Source of the DNA: Octopus vulgaris
Lineage: Eukaryota
NCBI GenBank assembly: GCA_951406725.2
Contig: CATOCA020000001.1
Coordinates: forward strand, 744,001 to 808,000
Reading direction: 5' to 3'
Length of the DNA stretch: 64,000 bases
The notes beneath the pieces were generated by a model. It saw nothing but the letters and a program-made list of their open reading frames with translations. It had not been told where the DNA came from and did no database searches. Below are positions 1-14,346 of this stretch, piece after piece. The position numbers and the translations under genes were made by a program. Positions within the stretch are counted from its first letter, which is position 1, and every line of letters starts with the position of its first letter.

Positions 1-50
<50 letters not shown>

Positions 51-52
<2 letters not shown>

Positions 53-450
53 TCTTTTATTCTGTTACTTGTTTCAGTCATTTTACTGTGCCCATGCTGG
101 AGCCCCGCCTTTAGTCGAGCAAATCGACCTCAGGACTTATTCGTTGTAAGCCTAGTACTTATTCTATTGGTCTCTTTTGCCGAACCGCTAAGTTACGGGG
201 ACGTAAACATACCAGCATCGGTTGTCAAGCGATGTTGGGTGGACAAACACAGATACACAAACACATACACACACACACATAAATACACATATATACGACG
301 TGCTTATTTCTGTTTCCTTCTCTACCAAATCCACTCGCAAGGCTTTGGTCGGCCCGAGGCTATAGTAGAAGACGCCCAAGGTGCCACGCAGTGGGACTGA
401 ACCCTGAACCATATGGTCGGTAAGAAAGCTACTCACCACACAGCCAATGC
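51..450 (-). mobile_element. tRNA-derived SINE with central (CA)/(TA) microsatellite; related copies at about 3348-3752, 5338-5740, 14367-14770(+) and partial copies at 13905-14130, 43640-43760, 48627-48790, 55035-55199, 57680-57810, 60757-60875
   Basis: Many dispersed near-identical copies with a tRNA-like head and shared tail. Confidence 0.75.
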
Positions 451-609
451 TACCTTCATCCTTATTCCAGTTGTTGGGCCGTGGTTATGCTGGAGCAACA
501 CCTCGAACAAATTTAGTCGATTTATTCGTCTGAAAACCAGCTGGAAACCGTTCAGCGAGGTGCAACCGTGAGAATACCTTCCATAGGCATTTGCCATATT
601 CTAGACGCC

Positions 610-1145
610 TTAGCGTAAATTCTCGAGTATATTCCGCCCTTGATTATAATACGTAGGGTATTTTTAGGGAGCTGTACCTCTGAAAAACCTAAACGTTGTG
701 TATAATACGCACCCTGTCTCTAACTTGAGTCAAGGAGGTCTATAAAATGTCCTTGCTTTGTAAAAATGTATATGGTAACGTCCTTTATTATTATTGTATA
801 TCTAACATAATGCAAACGTGTAGCTTTTTTGTGCATTTTGTTTGCAGAAAATAAAGAAATAACAGTAATAACGTCAGTGAAAAATAGATATTAAGTAAAT
901 TGCCTTTACATATTTATCACTATCAGTTACTAAAGCAAAGCCATTTATTCAAATCCTTCAAATTCAACGTCTCTTTCAGCATCAAATAACTGTTCTATTT
1001 GTTCCTCCGTAAACATGTCAGCATCATTGTTGTGTAAATCTCCGTCATCGTCAGATTCATAGTCAAAATGAGACGATTCCCTTTCATTTATTTCATCTTT
1101 CCGTACAACGTCATCCAGTGCAGACGACATACAACATTTGATGCA
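610..1145 (-). mobile_element. 3' fragment of Tc2/pogo-type DNA transposon (transposase acidic C-terminus + terminal repeat)
   Basis: KCCMSSALDDVV...LFDAERDVEFEGFE* resembles pogo/Tc2 transposase C-termini; CGAGTATA..TACGCAC terminal motifs. Confidence 0.65.
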
Positions 1146-2656
1146 GACGACATACAACATTTGATAAAACTTTCCTAACACCAACCACTCAGCAGAATGG
1201 ACCGAGTGGTTTTTATGTGGCACCAGCACCGGCAGGGTCACCAAATAACTTGGAAGACAAGGAATTCTGAGAGGGGGAGGGGACATTGGAGGAGGGGATC
1301 TTGTGTCGGATGATGAAAGGTTAGAGTGAGATAGAAAGACAGAAACAGGTGTCTTGCTGTAGAGGAGGTACAAGGTTACTCAACCAGATAGAGTGAAGGT
1401 GAGAGAGAGGAGAATGAGGGAGAAAGAGGGAGAAAGAGGGAAGGGAAGAGGGAGGGAGGGGGTATCAGGGGGAGAGGGTGGAAGTGATGGAGAAAGGGAG
1501 AAGGGGCAGCACGGAAGTAAGAGTGAGAGAAGGTGGGAGACAGAGAGGGAGAGAGGATAGGAAAGTGAATGAGAGGAATAGAGTGAGAGAGCAGAGGCAG
1601 AGAGAGGAAGAGGGAGGGAGAGAAGTGAAGAGGGAGAGAGTGCGGGAGAGAGGTTGAGAGAGAGGAGAGATTGAGAGGGGGGACGGAGAGAGAGTGAGGA
1701 AGAAGAGAGGGGAAAGGAGGAGAGAGTGAGGGACAGAGAGAGAGAGGGGGAAAGAAGATAGAGGGAGAGAGAATGAGAGAGAGGAGAGATAGAGAGAGAG
1801 GAAACATACAGTGAGAGGGGAGACGGAGAAAGAGTAAGGGAGAAAAGAGTGGAGAGGGGGAGAGGGCGAGAGACAGAGGAAGAGAGGGGGAAAGAGAGAG
1901 GGAGAGTGGGTGTGAGAAATGAGAGACGGAGAGAGAGGGAAGACGGAGAGAGAGTGTGTGAGAAAAAAGCGGAGAGGGGGCGAGGGGAGAGGGAGAGAGG
2001 GCGAGAGACAGATTGAGAGAGGGGGAAGACAGAGGGAAGAGAGAGAAAAGGAAAAATGGGGAGGGGTGTGAGAGGGAGAGAGAACGATCAGGAATGAGGA
2101 CGGAAGTAAGTGTGTTGCTGTAGAAGAGATGCATGGTTAGAGAGAGAGAGGAGGGGAGAAAGAGTAAGAATGAGGAAGAGAGAGGGTGCTAGAGAGAGCA
2201 GAAGAACGATGATGGTGAAGTGCAGGGGGAGGGCAGAACATAGAAAGGGTGATAGAGTAAAGGAAGAGAGAGAGAGAGAGAGAGAGAGAGATAAAAGTCA
2301 GCGACAGGCAGGGGAATAGCGTCGAGGTACGATATAAGTGGCAGCACAGTTAGGAGGGAAGAGAATGCAGAGACTAGTGAGTACATAGTTATATAGAGGG
2401 AGGGAGGGAGTATAGGAATGATAGAGAGAGCAGAGCGGGGAGGACAGCATTCGTCACTCAGCTCCTAACGGACTTGCTCACGGTACTGGTCAAAGGGAGA
2501 ATACTCGAGCTTGCCAACCCACAGGGTTTATTATTTGTTTACTAATTACCTGCCCCTAATGGATTTCTACCGCCAACTCCAAGAAGTATACGCCCCCCCT
2601 CCCGTCATTAAGGGTGCTGAGTCGTTCATAGGGTTAAGTGTCTTATATATGCGAAT

Positions 2657-3075
2657 GGATCTTTTCGGTTTGACCGACAGTTTTTTCTAGCGGTGTCATA
2701 TGAAATTGTCACCCATAATTATGACCCTAGTATCGATCTATTGCATTTCAATCTGTTTTAGGGTTAGGGTTAGGGGTGGCGGGAAGGGTATCTTTTTTTG
2801 TTCACAAATGTAAATAAACCCAATCTGTTTCTTAAACGAGGGACATATTCATACGGCAAAGAATGTATTTTTTACCTCAATAGACGTCTTTTATTGGTTG
2901 ATATTCCAGAAATGGAAGAAAAAAACCCAAATATCTTACAAACTATAGAATTTACTCAATAAAACTAAGAAAAAAAAGATGTTTTATAAACACATTCTAC
3001 CAGTATACGACGTTTAAAAGTGTTTAGTTACGTGGAAATTATTTTTAAAAACTGCCGGTCAAACCGAAAAGATCC
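2657..3075. mobile_element. Non-autonomous DNA element/MITE with about 29-bp TIRs and internal TTAGGG repeats; second copy at 4843-5267
   Basis: GGATCTTTTCGGTTTGACCGACAGTTTTT ... AAAAACTGCCGGTCAAACCGAAAAGATCC. Confidence 0.75.
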
Positions 3076-3160
3076 CACTGTATGTGGGGACATATACTGA
3101 ACTGCATATCAATATATATATATATATATATGTCTATACATATATATTTTTATATATCAG

Positions 3161-3207
<47 letters not shown>

Positions 3208-3212
3208 CATAT

Positions 3213-3260
<48 letters not shown>

Positions 3261-3261
3261 G

Positions 3262-3292
<31 letters not shown>

Positions 3293-5301
3293 GTATATAC
3301 ATATATATATATACATATATATATATACATATACATATATATATATATACTCTTTTATTCTGTTACTTCTTGCAGTCATTTTACTGTTGCCATGCTGGAG
3401 CACCGCCTTTAGTCGAGCAAATCGACCTCAGGACTTATTCTTTGTAAGCCTAGTACTTATTCTATTGGTCTTTTGCCGAACGGCTAAGTTACGGGGACGT
3501 AAACATACTAGCATCGGTTGTCAAGTGATGTTGGGGGGACAAACACAGACACACGAACACATACACACATATACATATATATACATATATACTACGGACT
3601 TCTTTCAGTTTCCTTCTCTACCAAATCCATTCGCAAGGCTTTGGTCGGCCCGAGGCTATAGTAGAAGACAGTTGCCCAAGGTGCCACTCAATGGTACTGA
3701 ACCCTGAACCATGTGGGCGGTAAGCAAGCTACTTACCACACGGCCACTCCTACCTTCATCCTTATTCCAGTTGTTGGGCCGTGGTCATGCTGGAGCAACA
3801 CCTCGAACAAATTTAGTCGATATATTCGACTGAAAACCAGTTGGAAACCGTTCAGCGACGTGCAACCGTGAGAATACCTTCCATAGGCATTTGCCATATT
3901 CTGGACGACTTATCGTAAATCCTCGAGTATAGTCGGCCCTCGAGTATAATACGCACGGGATTTTTAGGGAGCTGTACCTCTGAAAAACCTAAACGTTGTG
4001 TATAATACGCACCCTTTCTCAAACATGAGTCAAGGAGGTCTATATAATGTCCTTGGTGAGAGAGGGTGAGAGAGAGGAGGGATTGAGAGGGGGGACGGAG
4101 GGAGAGTGAGGGAGAAGAGAGCGGAACGAGGGAGAGAGCGAGGGACAGAGAGAGAGGGGGAAAGATAGAGGGAGGGAGATTGAGAGGGAGGAGAGATAGA
4201 GTGAGAGGGGAGACGGAGTGAGAGTAAGGGAGAAAAGAACGTTGAGGGTGAGAGTGCGAGAGACATAGAAAGAGAGGGGGAAAGAGAGAGGGAGAGAGGG
4301 TGAGAGAAACGAGAGAAGGAGAGAGAGGGAAGACGGAGGGAGAGTGAGGGAGAAAAGAGTGGAGAGGGAGAGAGGAAGAGAGAGCAGGAGAGCGATGGTG
4401 GTGAAGTGTCGCGGGAGGGCAGAACATAGAAAGGGTGATAGAGTAACGGAAGAGAGAGAGAGAGATAAAAGGCAGCGACAGGCAGGTGAATAGCGTCGAG
4501 GTAGAGGGAGGCTACGATATAAGTGGCAGGACAGTTAGGAGGGAAGAGAATGCAGATACTAGTGAGTACATGGGTATATAGACGGAGGGAGGGGGTATAG
4601 GAATGATAGAGAGAGCAGAGCAGGGAGGACAGCATTCGTCGTCACTCAGCTCCTAACGGACTTGCTAACTGGACTGGTCAAAGGGAGAATACTCGACGTT
4701 GCCGACCCACAACGTTTATTTTTTGTTTACTAATTACCTGCCCCTAATGGATTTCTACCGCCGACTTCAAGAAGTATATACCCCCCCTCGTCATTAAGGG
4801 AGATGAGTCGTTCATAGGGTTAAGTGTCTTATATATGCGAATGAATCTTTTCGGTTTGACCGGCAGTTTTTTCTAGCGGTGTCATACGAAATTGTCACCC
4901 ATAATTATGACCCTAGAATCGATCTATTGCATTTCAATCTGTTTTAGGGTTAGGGATAGGGGTGGTGGAAGGTTATCTTTTTTTGTTCACAAATGTAAAT
5001 AAACCCAATCTGTTTCTTAAACGAGGGACATATTCATACGGCAAAGAATGTTTTTTTTTTACCTCAATGGACGTTAGTGATTGGTTGAAATTGCAGAAAA
5101 TGAAGGAAAAAGAACACAACAAATATCTTAGAAACTATAGAATTTTCTCGATAAAACCAAGAAAAAAAAGATGTTTTATAAACACATTCTACCAGTATAC
5201 AACGTTTAAAAGTGTTTAGTTACGTGGAAATTATTTTTAAAAAATGTTGGTGAAACCGAAAAGATCCCACTCTATGAGGGGACATATACTTAACTACATA
5301 T

Positions 5302-5339
<38 letters not shown>

Positions 5340-6171
5340 TCTTCTACTCTGTTACTTGTTTCAGTCATTTGACTGTGGCCATGCTAGAGCAGCGCCTTTT
5401 GTTGAACAAATCGACTCCAGGACTTATTCTTTGTAGGCCTAGTACTTATTCTATCGGTCTCATTTGCCGAACCGCTAAGTTACGGTCACGTAAACACACC
5501 AGCATCGGTTGTCGAGCGATGTTGGGGGACAAACACAGACACACGAACGCATACACACACATACATATATATACATATATACTACGGGCTTCTTTCAGTT
5601 TCCGTCTACCATATCCACTCACAAGTTTTTGGTCGGCCCGAGGCTATAGTAGAAGACACTTGCCCAAGGTGCCACGTAGTCGGACTGAACCCTGAACCAT
5701 GTGGTCGGTAAGCAAGCTACTTACCACACGGCCACTGCTACCTTCATCCTTATTCCAGTTGTTGGGCCGTGGTAATTCTGGAGCAACACCTCGAACAAAT
5801 TTAGTCGATTTATTCGACTGAAAACCAGCTGGAAACCGTTCAGCGAGGTGCAACCGAGAGAATACCCTCCATAGGCATTTGCCATATTCTAGACGTCTTA
5901 GCGTAAATTCTCGAGTATAGTGAGCCCTTGATTATAATACGCAGGGGAATATTAGGGGGCTGTATCTCTGAAAAACCTAATCCTTGTGTATAATACGCAC
6001 CCCTTCTCTGACTTGAGTCAAGGAGGTCTATAAAATGTCCTTGGTTTGTAAAAATGTATATGGTCACGCCCTTTATTATTATTGTATATCTAACATAATG
6101 CAAACGTGAAGCTTTTTTGTGCATTTTGTTTTGCAGAAAATAAAGAAATAACAGTAATAACGTTTAATAAA

Positions 6172-6209
<38 letters not shown>

Positions 6210-6212
6210 CAT

Positions 6213-6740
6213 GCCGTAAATCCTCGAGTATAGTCAGCCCCTGAGTATAATACGCAGGGGATTTTTAAGGGGGCTGTACCTCTGTAAAACCTAAAGCGTG
6301 TGTATAATACGCACCCCTTCTCTAACTTGAGTTAAGGAGGTCGTATATAACGTCCTTGGTTTGTAAGAATGTATACGGCAACGTAATTTATTATTATTGT
6401 ATACATAACATAATGCAAACCTTATCTTTTTTTGTACATTTTGTTTGTAGAAAATAAAGAAATAACAGTAATAACGTAAGTGAAAAATAAATATTAAGTA
6501 AATTGCCTTTACATATTTATCACTATCAGTTAAAAAAGCAAAGCCATTTATTAAAATCCTTCAAATTCAATCACTCTTTCAGCATCAAATAACTGTTCTA
6601 TTTGTTCCTCCGTAAACATGTCAGCATCATTGTTGTGTAAATCTCCGTCATCGTCAGATTCATAGTCAAAATCAGACGATTCCCTTTCATTTATTTCATC
6701 TTTCCATACAACGTCATCCAGTGCAGACGACATACATTTG
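6213..6740 (-). mobile_element. Second Tc2/pogo 3' fragment with intact-looking terminus CCGTAAATCCTCGAGTATAG
   Basis: Same peptide as at 945-1145; CCGTA-type terminal repeat. Confidence 0.65.
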
Positions 6741-8207
6741 ATGCAGACGACATACAACATTTGATGAAACTTTCCTAACACCAACCACTCAGCAGAATGG
6801 ACCGAGTGGTTTTAATGTGGCACCAGCACCGGCAGGGTCACCAAAAAACTTGGAAGACAAGGAATTCTGAGAGGGGGAGGGGACATTGGAGGAGGGGATC
6901 TTGTGTCGGATGATGAAAGGTTAGAGTGAGATAGAAAGACAGAAACAGGTGTCTTGCTGTAGAGGAGGTACAAGGTTACTCAACCAGATAGAGTGAAGGT
7001 GAGAGAGAGGAGAATGAGGGAGAAAGAGGGAGAAAGAGGGAGAAAGAGGGAGGGGAGGAGGGGGTATCAGGGGGAGAGGGTGGGAGTGATGGAGAAAGGG
7101 AGAAGGGGCAGCACGGAAGTAAGAGTGAGAGAAGGTGGGAGAGAGAGAGGGAGAGAGGATAGGAAAGTGAATGAGAGGGATAGAGTGAGAGAGCAGAGGC
7201 AGAGAGAGGAAGAGGGAGGGAGAGAAGAGAAGAGGGAGAGAGAGCGGGAGAGAGAGCGGGAGAGAGGTTGAGAGAGAGGAGAGATTGAGAGGGGGACCGG
7301 AGGGAGAGTGAGGAAGAAGAGAGGGGAAAGGGGGAGAGAGCGAGGGACAGAGAGAGAGAGGGGGAAAGAAGATAGAGGGAGAGAGAATGAGAGAGAGGAG
7401 AGATAGAGAGAGAGGAAAGATACAGTTAGAGGGGAGACGGAGAAAGAGTAAGGGAGAAAAGAGTGGAGAGGGGGAAAGGGCGAGAGACAGAGGAAGAGAG
7501 GGGGAAAGAGAGAGGGAGAGTGGGTGTGAGAAATGAGAGACGGAGATAGAGGGAAGACGGAGAGAGAGTGTGTGAGAAAAGAGCGGAGAGGGGGCGAGGG
7601 GAGAGGGAGAGAGGGCGAGAGACAGAGTGAGAGAGGGGGAAGACAGAGGGAGAGAGGGGGAAGACAGAGGGAAGAGAGAGAAAAGGAAAAATGGGGAGGG
7701 GAGTGAGAGGGAGAGAGAACGATCAGGAATGAGGACGGAAGCAAGTGTGTTGCTGTAGAAGAGATGCATGGTTAGAGAGAGAGAGGAGGGGGGAAAGAGT
7801 AAGAATGAGGAAGAGAGAGGGTGCTAGAGAGAGCAGGCGAACGATGATGGTGAAGTGCCAGGGGGAGGGCAGAACATAGAAAGGGTGATAGAGTAAAGGA
7901 AGAGAGAGAGAGAGATAAAAGGCAGCGACTGGCAGGGGAATAGCGTCGAGGTAGAGGGAGGCTACGATATAAGTGGCAGGACAGTTAGGAGGGAAGAGAA
8001 TGCAGAGACTAGTGTCTACATGGGTATATAGAAGGAGGGAGGGGGTATAGGAATGATAGAGAGAGCAGAGCAGGGAGAACAGCATTCGTCACTCAGCTGA
8101 TAAATTATGTACCAGTGGTGTACTGGAGTCGCTCTAATCGACTGGCCCCCTTCCCCAAAATTTTGAGCCTTGTGCCTAGGATAGAAAACTATAAAATATA
8201 GGATGGC

Positions 8208-8279
<72 letters not shown>

Positions 8280-10203
8280 GGACGGAGACAGACACAGAGA
8301 GACAAAAATAGAGACCGTGGGAGAGATAAAAGCAGAATGGTGTATATGCTTTCTCAGAGAAAGAGAGAGAGAGAGTATGATTTGAGAAAGAAACCGGATT
8401 AGGCGGTGTTATATAATGAGGTAGAAAGAGAGGAGGGAAAGAGTAGGAGAAAGGGAGAGAGAGGGGACAAAAGGAGATAGAGAGGAGAGAGAGAGAGAGA
8501 GATAGAGACAAAGGAAGAAATGCAGCGAAGTGATGCATGCATAGATTCATAAATACATACATACGCACATACGCACATACATGCATATATACATATGTAA
8601 TTATTGGACTAATGAGTATATGTCAATTAGTGCGTTGATGTGTTGAGTAAACCACTGGCACAGTTTGGGGCTACCTGGTGTCATCCGCACTTGGGGTATA
8701 TTTCCGTTGGATCTACTTCAGGAATTCCACAGAGTTAGTTGAGATAATAATCGATTAATGAAACAGAAGAAGGATTTGGTATTAGTTTTTTTTTTTTGTA
8801 TGATGATTGTTTCGACCCATCCCGCGACTGTCCCTTGCAGGTGTGGGATGCTGCGCATCATATTGTGTTACATCAATTCCCACCAAAAATATTTAGTTCA
8901 GGCAATCATGTTATTTGCCCGCTTCATTAGGGAATCCGACGTTGCTACGATTGTCCTTATCCTATTCATAAACAATAATTGTAAAGAATTGTAAATGCAG
9001 ACGTATAAACTATTGGAAAGGAAAGAAAATATACAAGAGAAAGTATTTGGGAAAGAAACAGAGATAGGGTGAGACCTGTAAGAGAAGGATTAGACAGCAT
9101 TATGTTTAAAGGGGGGGGGGGAGGGGTATTATACTTGCTATTAGGGGGTGGTGTGTACAAAGGCACAAATGCACGCACACAATCCTCACAGAGACGTAGA
9201 CACCCACGTTCACCCTGATCCACGCAGGCCGTGAACTCTTACAGTCCTACGGTTTATGACAGTAAAGATCTGTCATCACGGTTACTTTAAGATCTAGGGA
9301 GGTGTCGTTTGGGAGACTGTTTGGCGTATGCTTTATGTCTAGCACGCTGGGGTGCAGATTCAGCCATCAGGCCACCAGACACACCCGTACATTTACAAGT
9401 AAATGTATACATACATGTGCACACTTGTAGTGGCGTACGTACACACACAAGCACGCACGCACACACACGCATGCACACACACACATACACGCACACACAT
9501 ACACGCACACGCACACACACATACACACACAAGCCGACGCTGGTGATTACTCTGATCATGGCGGAAAGAAGGTCGAAGTTTCGGGTCGGCTGCAAAGACG
9601 GAGACTGATGCGTGTACTTCTCGAAGAACTATTGTTAGAAGGAGCTTCACCCGAAGGTTGCAGCCGTCTTCTGCGCCGTTTGACTTTGCTTCTTGGCCAA
9701 TGTATCGAGTTTGTTCCTTCACTGAATCGTCACGGTTAACTGCTGCAGACGATGTTGCCTCGGTGGAAGGCCTGGTCGATCGTTCGAGTGTATAGCTTGT
9801 GTCGAAGGATAAGACTAAAATCGGTACCTCGTACGGCACAGCCCCTACATCCTGTGACACCGTGTCTCGTAAAGTGGGTCGTGTGGCTTCTCAGACGACA
9901 CTTAAGAACATTCCTGTGTGTAGTCGCTCTGCTAAGTAGGACTCTGGACGCCAAATAGAGTCACCAAATGCATGGGATCGTTTTGCTCTCTTGGTCTTCG
10001 AAAGAATGGCTAAGTGGCCCTGAATCTGCATTATTTGTCATCCAAAATCGAAGAGCACGTCAAGAAGTATCTGTAAAGTATTATCCTCTAAGTGGTCTCA
10101 CATTATGCTAGAAATAACAGCCAAGTATCTTCAAGTAAAATTCAGGACAGTTTTAGTAAACTCTCTCCCTCTCTCTCACTCTTTCTCCCTCTCCCTCTTT
10201 CTC

Positions 10204-10235
<32 letters not shown>

Positions 10236-10244
10236 ACATTAGCA

Positions 10245-10540
10245 ACCTCATCGTAAGGTCAAGAGTTCGATACATGGCGACGCGTTGTGTTCCTAAGAGA
10301 AATCACTTTATTTCACATTGCTCCATTCCACTCAGCTGACAAAAATGAGTTGTACCTGTAATACAAACGGGGCGGCGTTGGCAAATTCTATGTCACGCTG
10401 AAAATCCTTGAGAACTACGTTAAGAGTACACGTGTCTGTGGAGTGCTCAGCCACTTGCACGATAATTTCACGAGCAGCAGGCTGTTCTGTGGATGCATCA
10501 ACTGGAGACCTAGTCGTCGTCACCGACGGAGTACCAGCTA
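10245..10540 (+). mobile_element. SINE; related copy at about 22890-23210
   Basis: Box-B-like GAGTTCGATAC and shared body CTCAGCTGACAAAAATGAGTT...CTGTGGAGTGCTCAGCCACTT. Confidence 0.65.
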
Positions 10541-10715
10541 CAACGACAACAACAAAAATAGTAAATATAAACAATAAATATAAATATATGTGCGTGTTTG
10601 CATGTTTGAGTGTGAGTGTGCGTGTATGTGTGTGTGTGTATGTGTGTGTGTGAGTGTGTGTGTGCTAGGAATTCGGTAGGCGATCACCGGCAGAAGTCTG
10701 GCACTGTAAATGCGA

Positions 10716-10965
10716 ATGTATGTATGTATGTATGTATGTATGTTTGTATGTATGTATGTATGTATGTATGTATGTATGTATGTATGTATGTATGTATGTA
10801 TGTATGTATGTGTATGTATGTATGCATGTATGTATGTTTGTACGTATGTATGTATGTATGTATGTATGTATGTATGTATGTATGTATGTGTATTTGTATG
10901 TATGTATGTATGTATGTATGTATGTATGTATGTGATGTATGTATGTATGTATGCATGTATGTATG

Positions 10966-10996
<31 letters not shown>

Positions 10997-11440
10997 GCAT
11001 GTATGTATGTATGTACATACGTATGTATGTATGCATGTACGTACGTATGTATGTATGTATGCATGTATGTATGTATGTATGTTATGTATGTATGTATGTA
11101 TGTATGTATGTACGTATGCATGCATATATGTATGTATGTATGTACGTATGCATGTATATATGTATGTATGTACGTAGGTAGCACGTACGTACGTATGTAT
11201 GTATGTATGTATGTATGTATGTATGTATGTATGTATGTATGTATGTACGTATGTATGTATGTATGTATGTATGTATGTACGTAGGTAGTACGTACGTATG
11301 TATGTATGTATGTATGTATGTATGTATGCATGTATGTATGTATGTATGTATGTATGTATGTACGTACGTAGTACGTATGTACGTACGTAAGTATGTATGT
11401 ATGTATGTATGTATGTATGTATGTATGTATGTATGTGTAT
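10716..11440. repeat. Long (TATG)n microsatellite
   Basis: Direct inspection. Confidence 0.97.
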
Positions 11441-11509
11441 GCATACATGCTCACACTTTCACACGTACATACACAAATGCATTTGCATTGAAGCGAGCGG
11501 AGACAATTA

Positions 11510-12030
11510 TCTCTTATTATAAAAGGCAGATTTTATCTGCCTCCCTTTGTCACTTATAGAAATCTACAATATAGGATTTCTTCAATTACAATTTACCTAG
11601 CATTTTTAAGAGTAGAATGCATCGGGTCATGCCAGGTCCAGTTTTTAAAATTTAAACTCCAATTAAGCAAAATTTACAGAAAACTCACATCCTGGTGTGT
11701 ATGTCAAATGCTTTTCTTAGTCTGGTTTACAGCACACGCAAACGCACACACACAGTGTGCAACGAATAAACTGAAACTAATTCACTGTGTGTGTGTTGAC
11801 AGGTAGACAATAGAATGCGATGGCGATGGCGATGTAATATTTGTTTCTGTCTATCACGCTGATAGATACATGAGTAAAATGTATGGCAAGCTAAGAGATA
11901 AGAGTGAGTGAAAATGTTCTTGGAAGAGAGTAAATAGTGACAGAGTGATTTGAGGAAGACTAAACTGAAAGTGTGAAACAGTGTTTATGTATAAACAGAC
12001 GACACTTATATATAGTTATGTATGCATCCG
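11510..12030 (+). mobile_element. Probable non-autonomous Helitron-like element, 5' part
   Basis: Begins TCTCTTATTATAAAAGGCAG after an A; 3' end not seen. Confidence 0.3.
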
Positions 12031-12569
12031 TTTAACCCTTTCGTTACCAAACCGCCCGAATTTACCTATTCATATTTAAATGAGAATATCAGAGTAAATC
12101 TCTTTAGTACATTCGTGTACAAAAACACGTATTATACTTCGTAAACACTTCAAATACAGTTTTGTACAAAAATCGAAGTGTAATTTTAATTCCGTGAATT
12201 ATGGGAGATTTTTTTCCTTTTATATAAGGGAAGAAATTTGTTCCTATTGTGTTTTCAAAATTTGTAATTCTGACAAAAAATGGATACGAATTTCATGGTC
12301 CATAGTTGCATAACACACACACACACGCATGCATACACAAAGAGACGGAGGTGCATACATATACAAACACATGCTCACACACACATACATTGAAAATACA
12401 CAAACACGGACATACAAGCACGTAAATATGCAGGATACGTACATATAGAAGACAAATACATATATACATATGAATACACACACATATATACATACATACA
12501 CATGGAAACGCACACATACAAACACAGTACATCATACATGTATAGGCACACACCCATATTTTTTTTTAA

Positions 12570-12760
12570 AGTTTCGGCCCAGAGTTGTGGCCATGCTGAT
12601 GCACCGCCGTTTGGCGAAAGAGTACAACAGGGGTCTCCACCATCCTTCCGGAGCCTCGCGGGGATTGAAATAAACACACACAGCGCCCGGTCTGGGAATC
12701 GAAGCCGCGGTCCTCCGATCGCGAGTCCGCTGCCCTAACCACTGGGCCATTGCGCCTCCA
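12570..12760 (-). mobile_element. tRNA-derived SINE head
   Basis: Box A TGGCCCAGTGG, box B GCTTCGATTCC; similar to the copies at 16372 and 20258. Confidence 0.75.
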
Positions 12761-13400
12761 TATGCGCACCAACAAACAAAAGGGAACGCAGTTTAAATAA
12801 CGGACAGAGTCAAGACTATTGAAAAGGTTGCAAGACGCAACGAAAATTTTAGAAAAAAGTGGGAAGTCAAGGGAAATTACTCTGAATGTACATTGTTACA
12901 TATTAACAATTATCTCCCTTGACAAGGAAAATAAATGACGTTTGTGAAAGGCTTCAGACGTAGGAATTAACAACTGCAGACAATATCGAACTACTGTAGG
13001 AATGCAGACACGTTTATATACATTTGCATATGTCCAAGCATATATATATATATGTCTACATCCTGTGATCGTGATCACGTGACTGACCGGAAAATCGAAT
13101 GTTCGTATTCATCGTCCGCCACAATGTACTTGGCGTCGTTTTAACTTTCGAATGTTGCAACTCCGCCGGACGCGCGAGGGAGCCACCATCTCACCCTCAT
13201 TGGAAGGCTATTCCATCGCAGGGTGGATATTTTACGGCTGAGTGGACTGGAGCAACGTAAAATATAGGGCCTTGCTCGTCTATACTTGCATGAGTGAGTG
13301 TGTATATACGTATGTGTGTGTGGGTGTGTATGTATGTATAAATATATATGAATATATATATATATGTATATATGTATGTATGTATATATGTATATATGTA

Positions 13401-13440
<40 letters not shown>

Positions 13441-13466
13441 CACACATACATACATATATATATACA

Positions 13467-13508
<42 letters not shown>

Positions 13509-13775
13509 AATTAAATTAGAGATAAAACCACTATTAGGCAACTCAAACAGTGATAGACTTAAACCAAAAGCATAAAAAATTAAAAATTAAATATAATTAA
13601 TATAATATATAATGTATATATAATAATATATAATTTAAAATTTGAATTAAAATTTAAAATTTTTTAATTTGTATTTTTAAATTTTTGATATTTAAAATTT
13701 TTTTAATTTAAATCTTTTTTAAAAATAACTAACCAAAAAGTATGAAAAAGTTAAATTAAATATAATAAGTAATAG

Positions 13776-13888
<113 letters not shown>

Positions 13889-14272
13889 CACATATATATA
13901 TGTATATTCTTTTATTCTACTACCTGTTTCAGTCATTTGACTGCGGCCATACTGGAGTACCGCCTTCAATGGATTTAGTCGAACAAATCATCCCCAAGTG
14001 TTATTTTTTAAGCCTAGTAACTTATTCGATAGATTTCTCTATTGATGAAATGCTAATATACGGGGATGTAACCGACCCAACAGCGGCTGCCAAGTGGTTG
14101 TTGGGCGACAAACACGGACACAAACGCACACAAACGTATGTATGTGGGTGTAAGTGAGTGTGTTAAATTATAAAGCACTAAAAGAAAATGACTCTCCCCA
14201 GACACAACAGAATATGCTTCAACACACAAACTCATATAAAGAATCTTGCAAACCAAATCTCAAAACGAAATA

Positions 14273-14346
<74 letters not shown>

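Larger units (their letters stand above)
51..8097. repeat. Three tandem copies of a composite unit (SINE + Tc2/pogo end + GA-rich element +/- MITE): about 51-3110, 3345-5305, 5338-8097
   Basis: Identical junctions between unrelated repeats recur in each copy. Copy 2 has an internal deletion; copy 3 has a duplicated transposon end and no MITE. Confidence 0.85.

Noticed and set aside
1376-2134. Long Ser/Leu/Pro ORFs (also 3852-4635 and 6921-8085)
   Set aside because: By-products of GA/CT low-complexity tracts that lack stop codons.
2758-2776. TTAGGG repeats as an interstitial telomere
   Set aside because: Only three units, internal to a MITE.
10538-11559. YIHT/MYVC repeat ORFs, and all IY/CV ORFs elsewhere
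   Set aside because: Translations of (TATG)n, (TA)n and (TG)n microsatellites.
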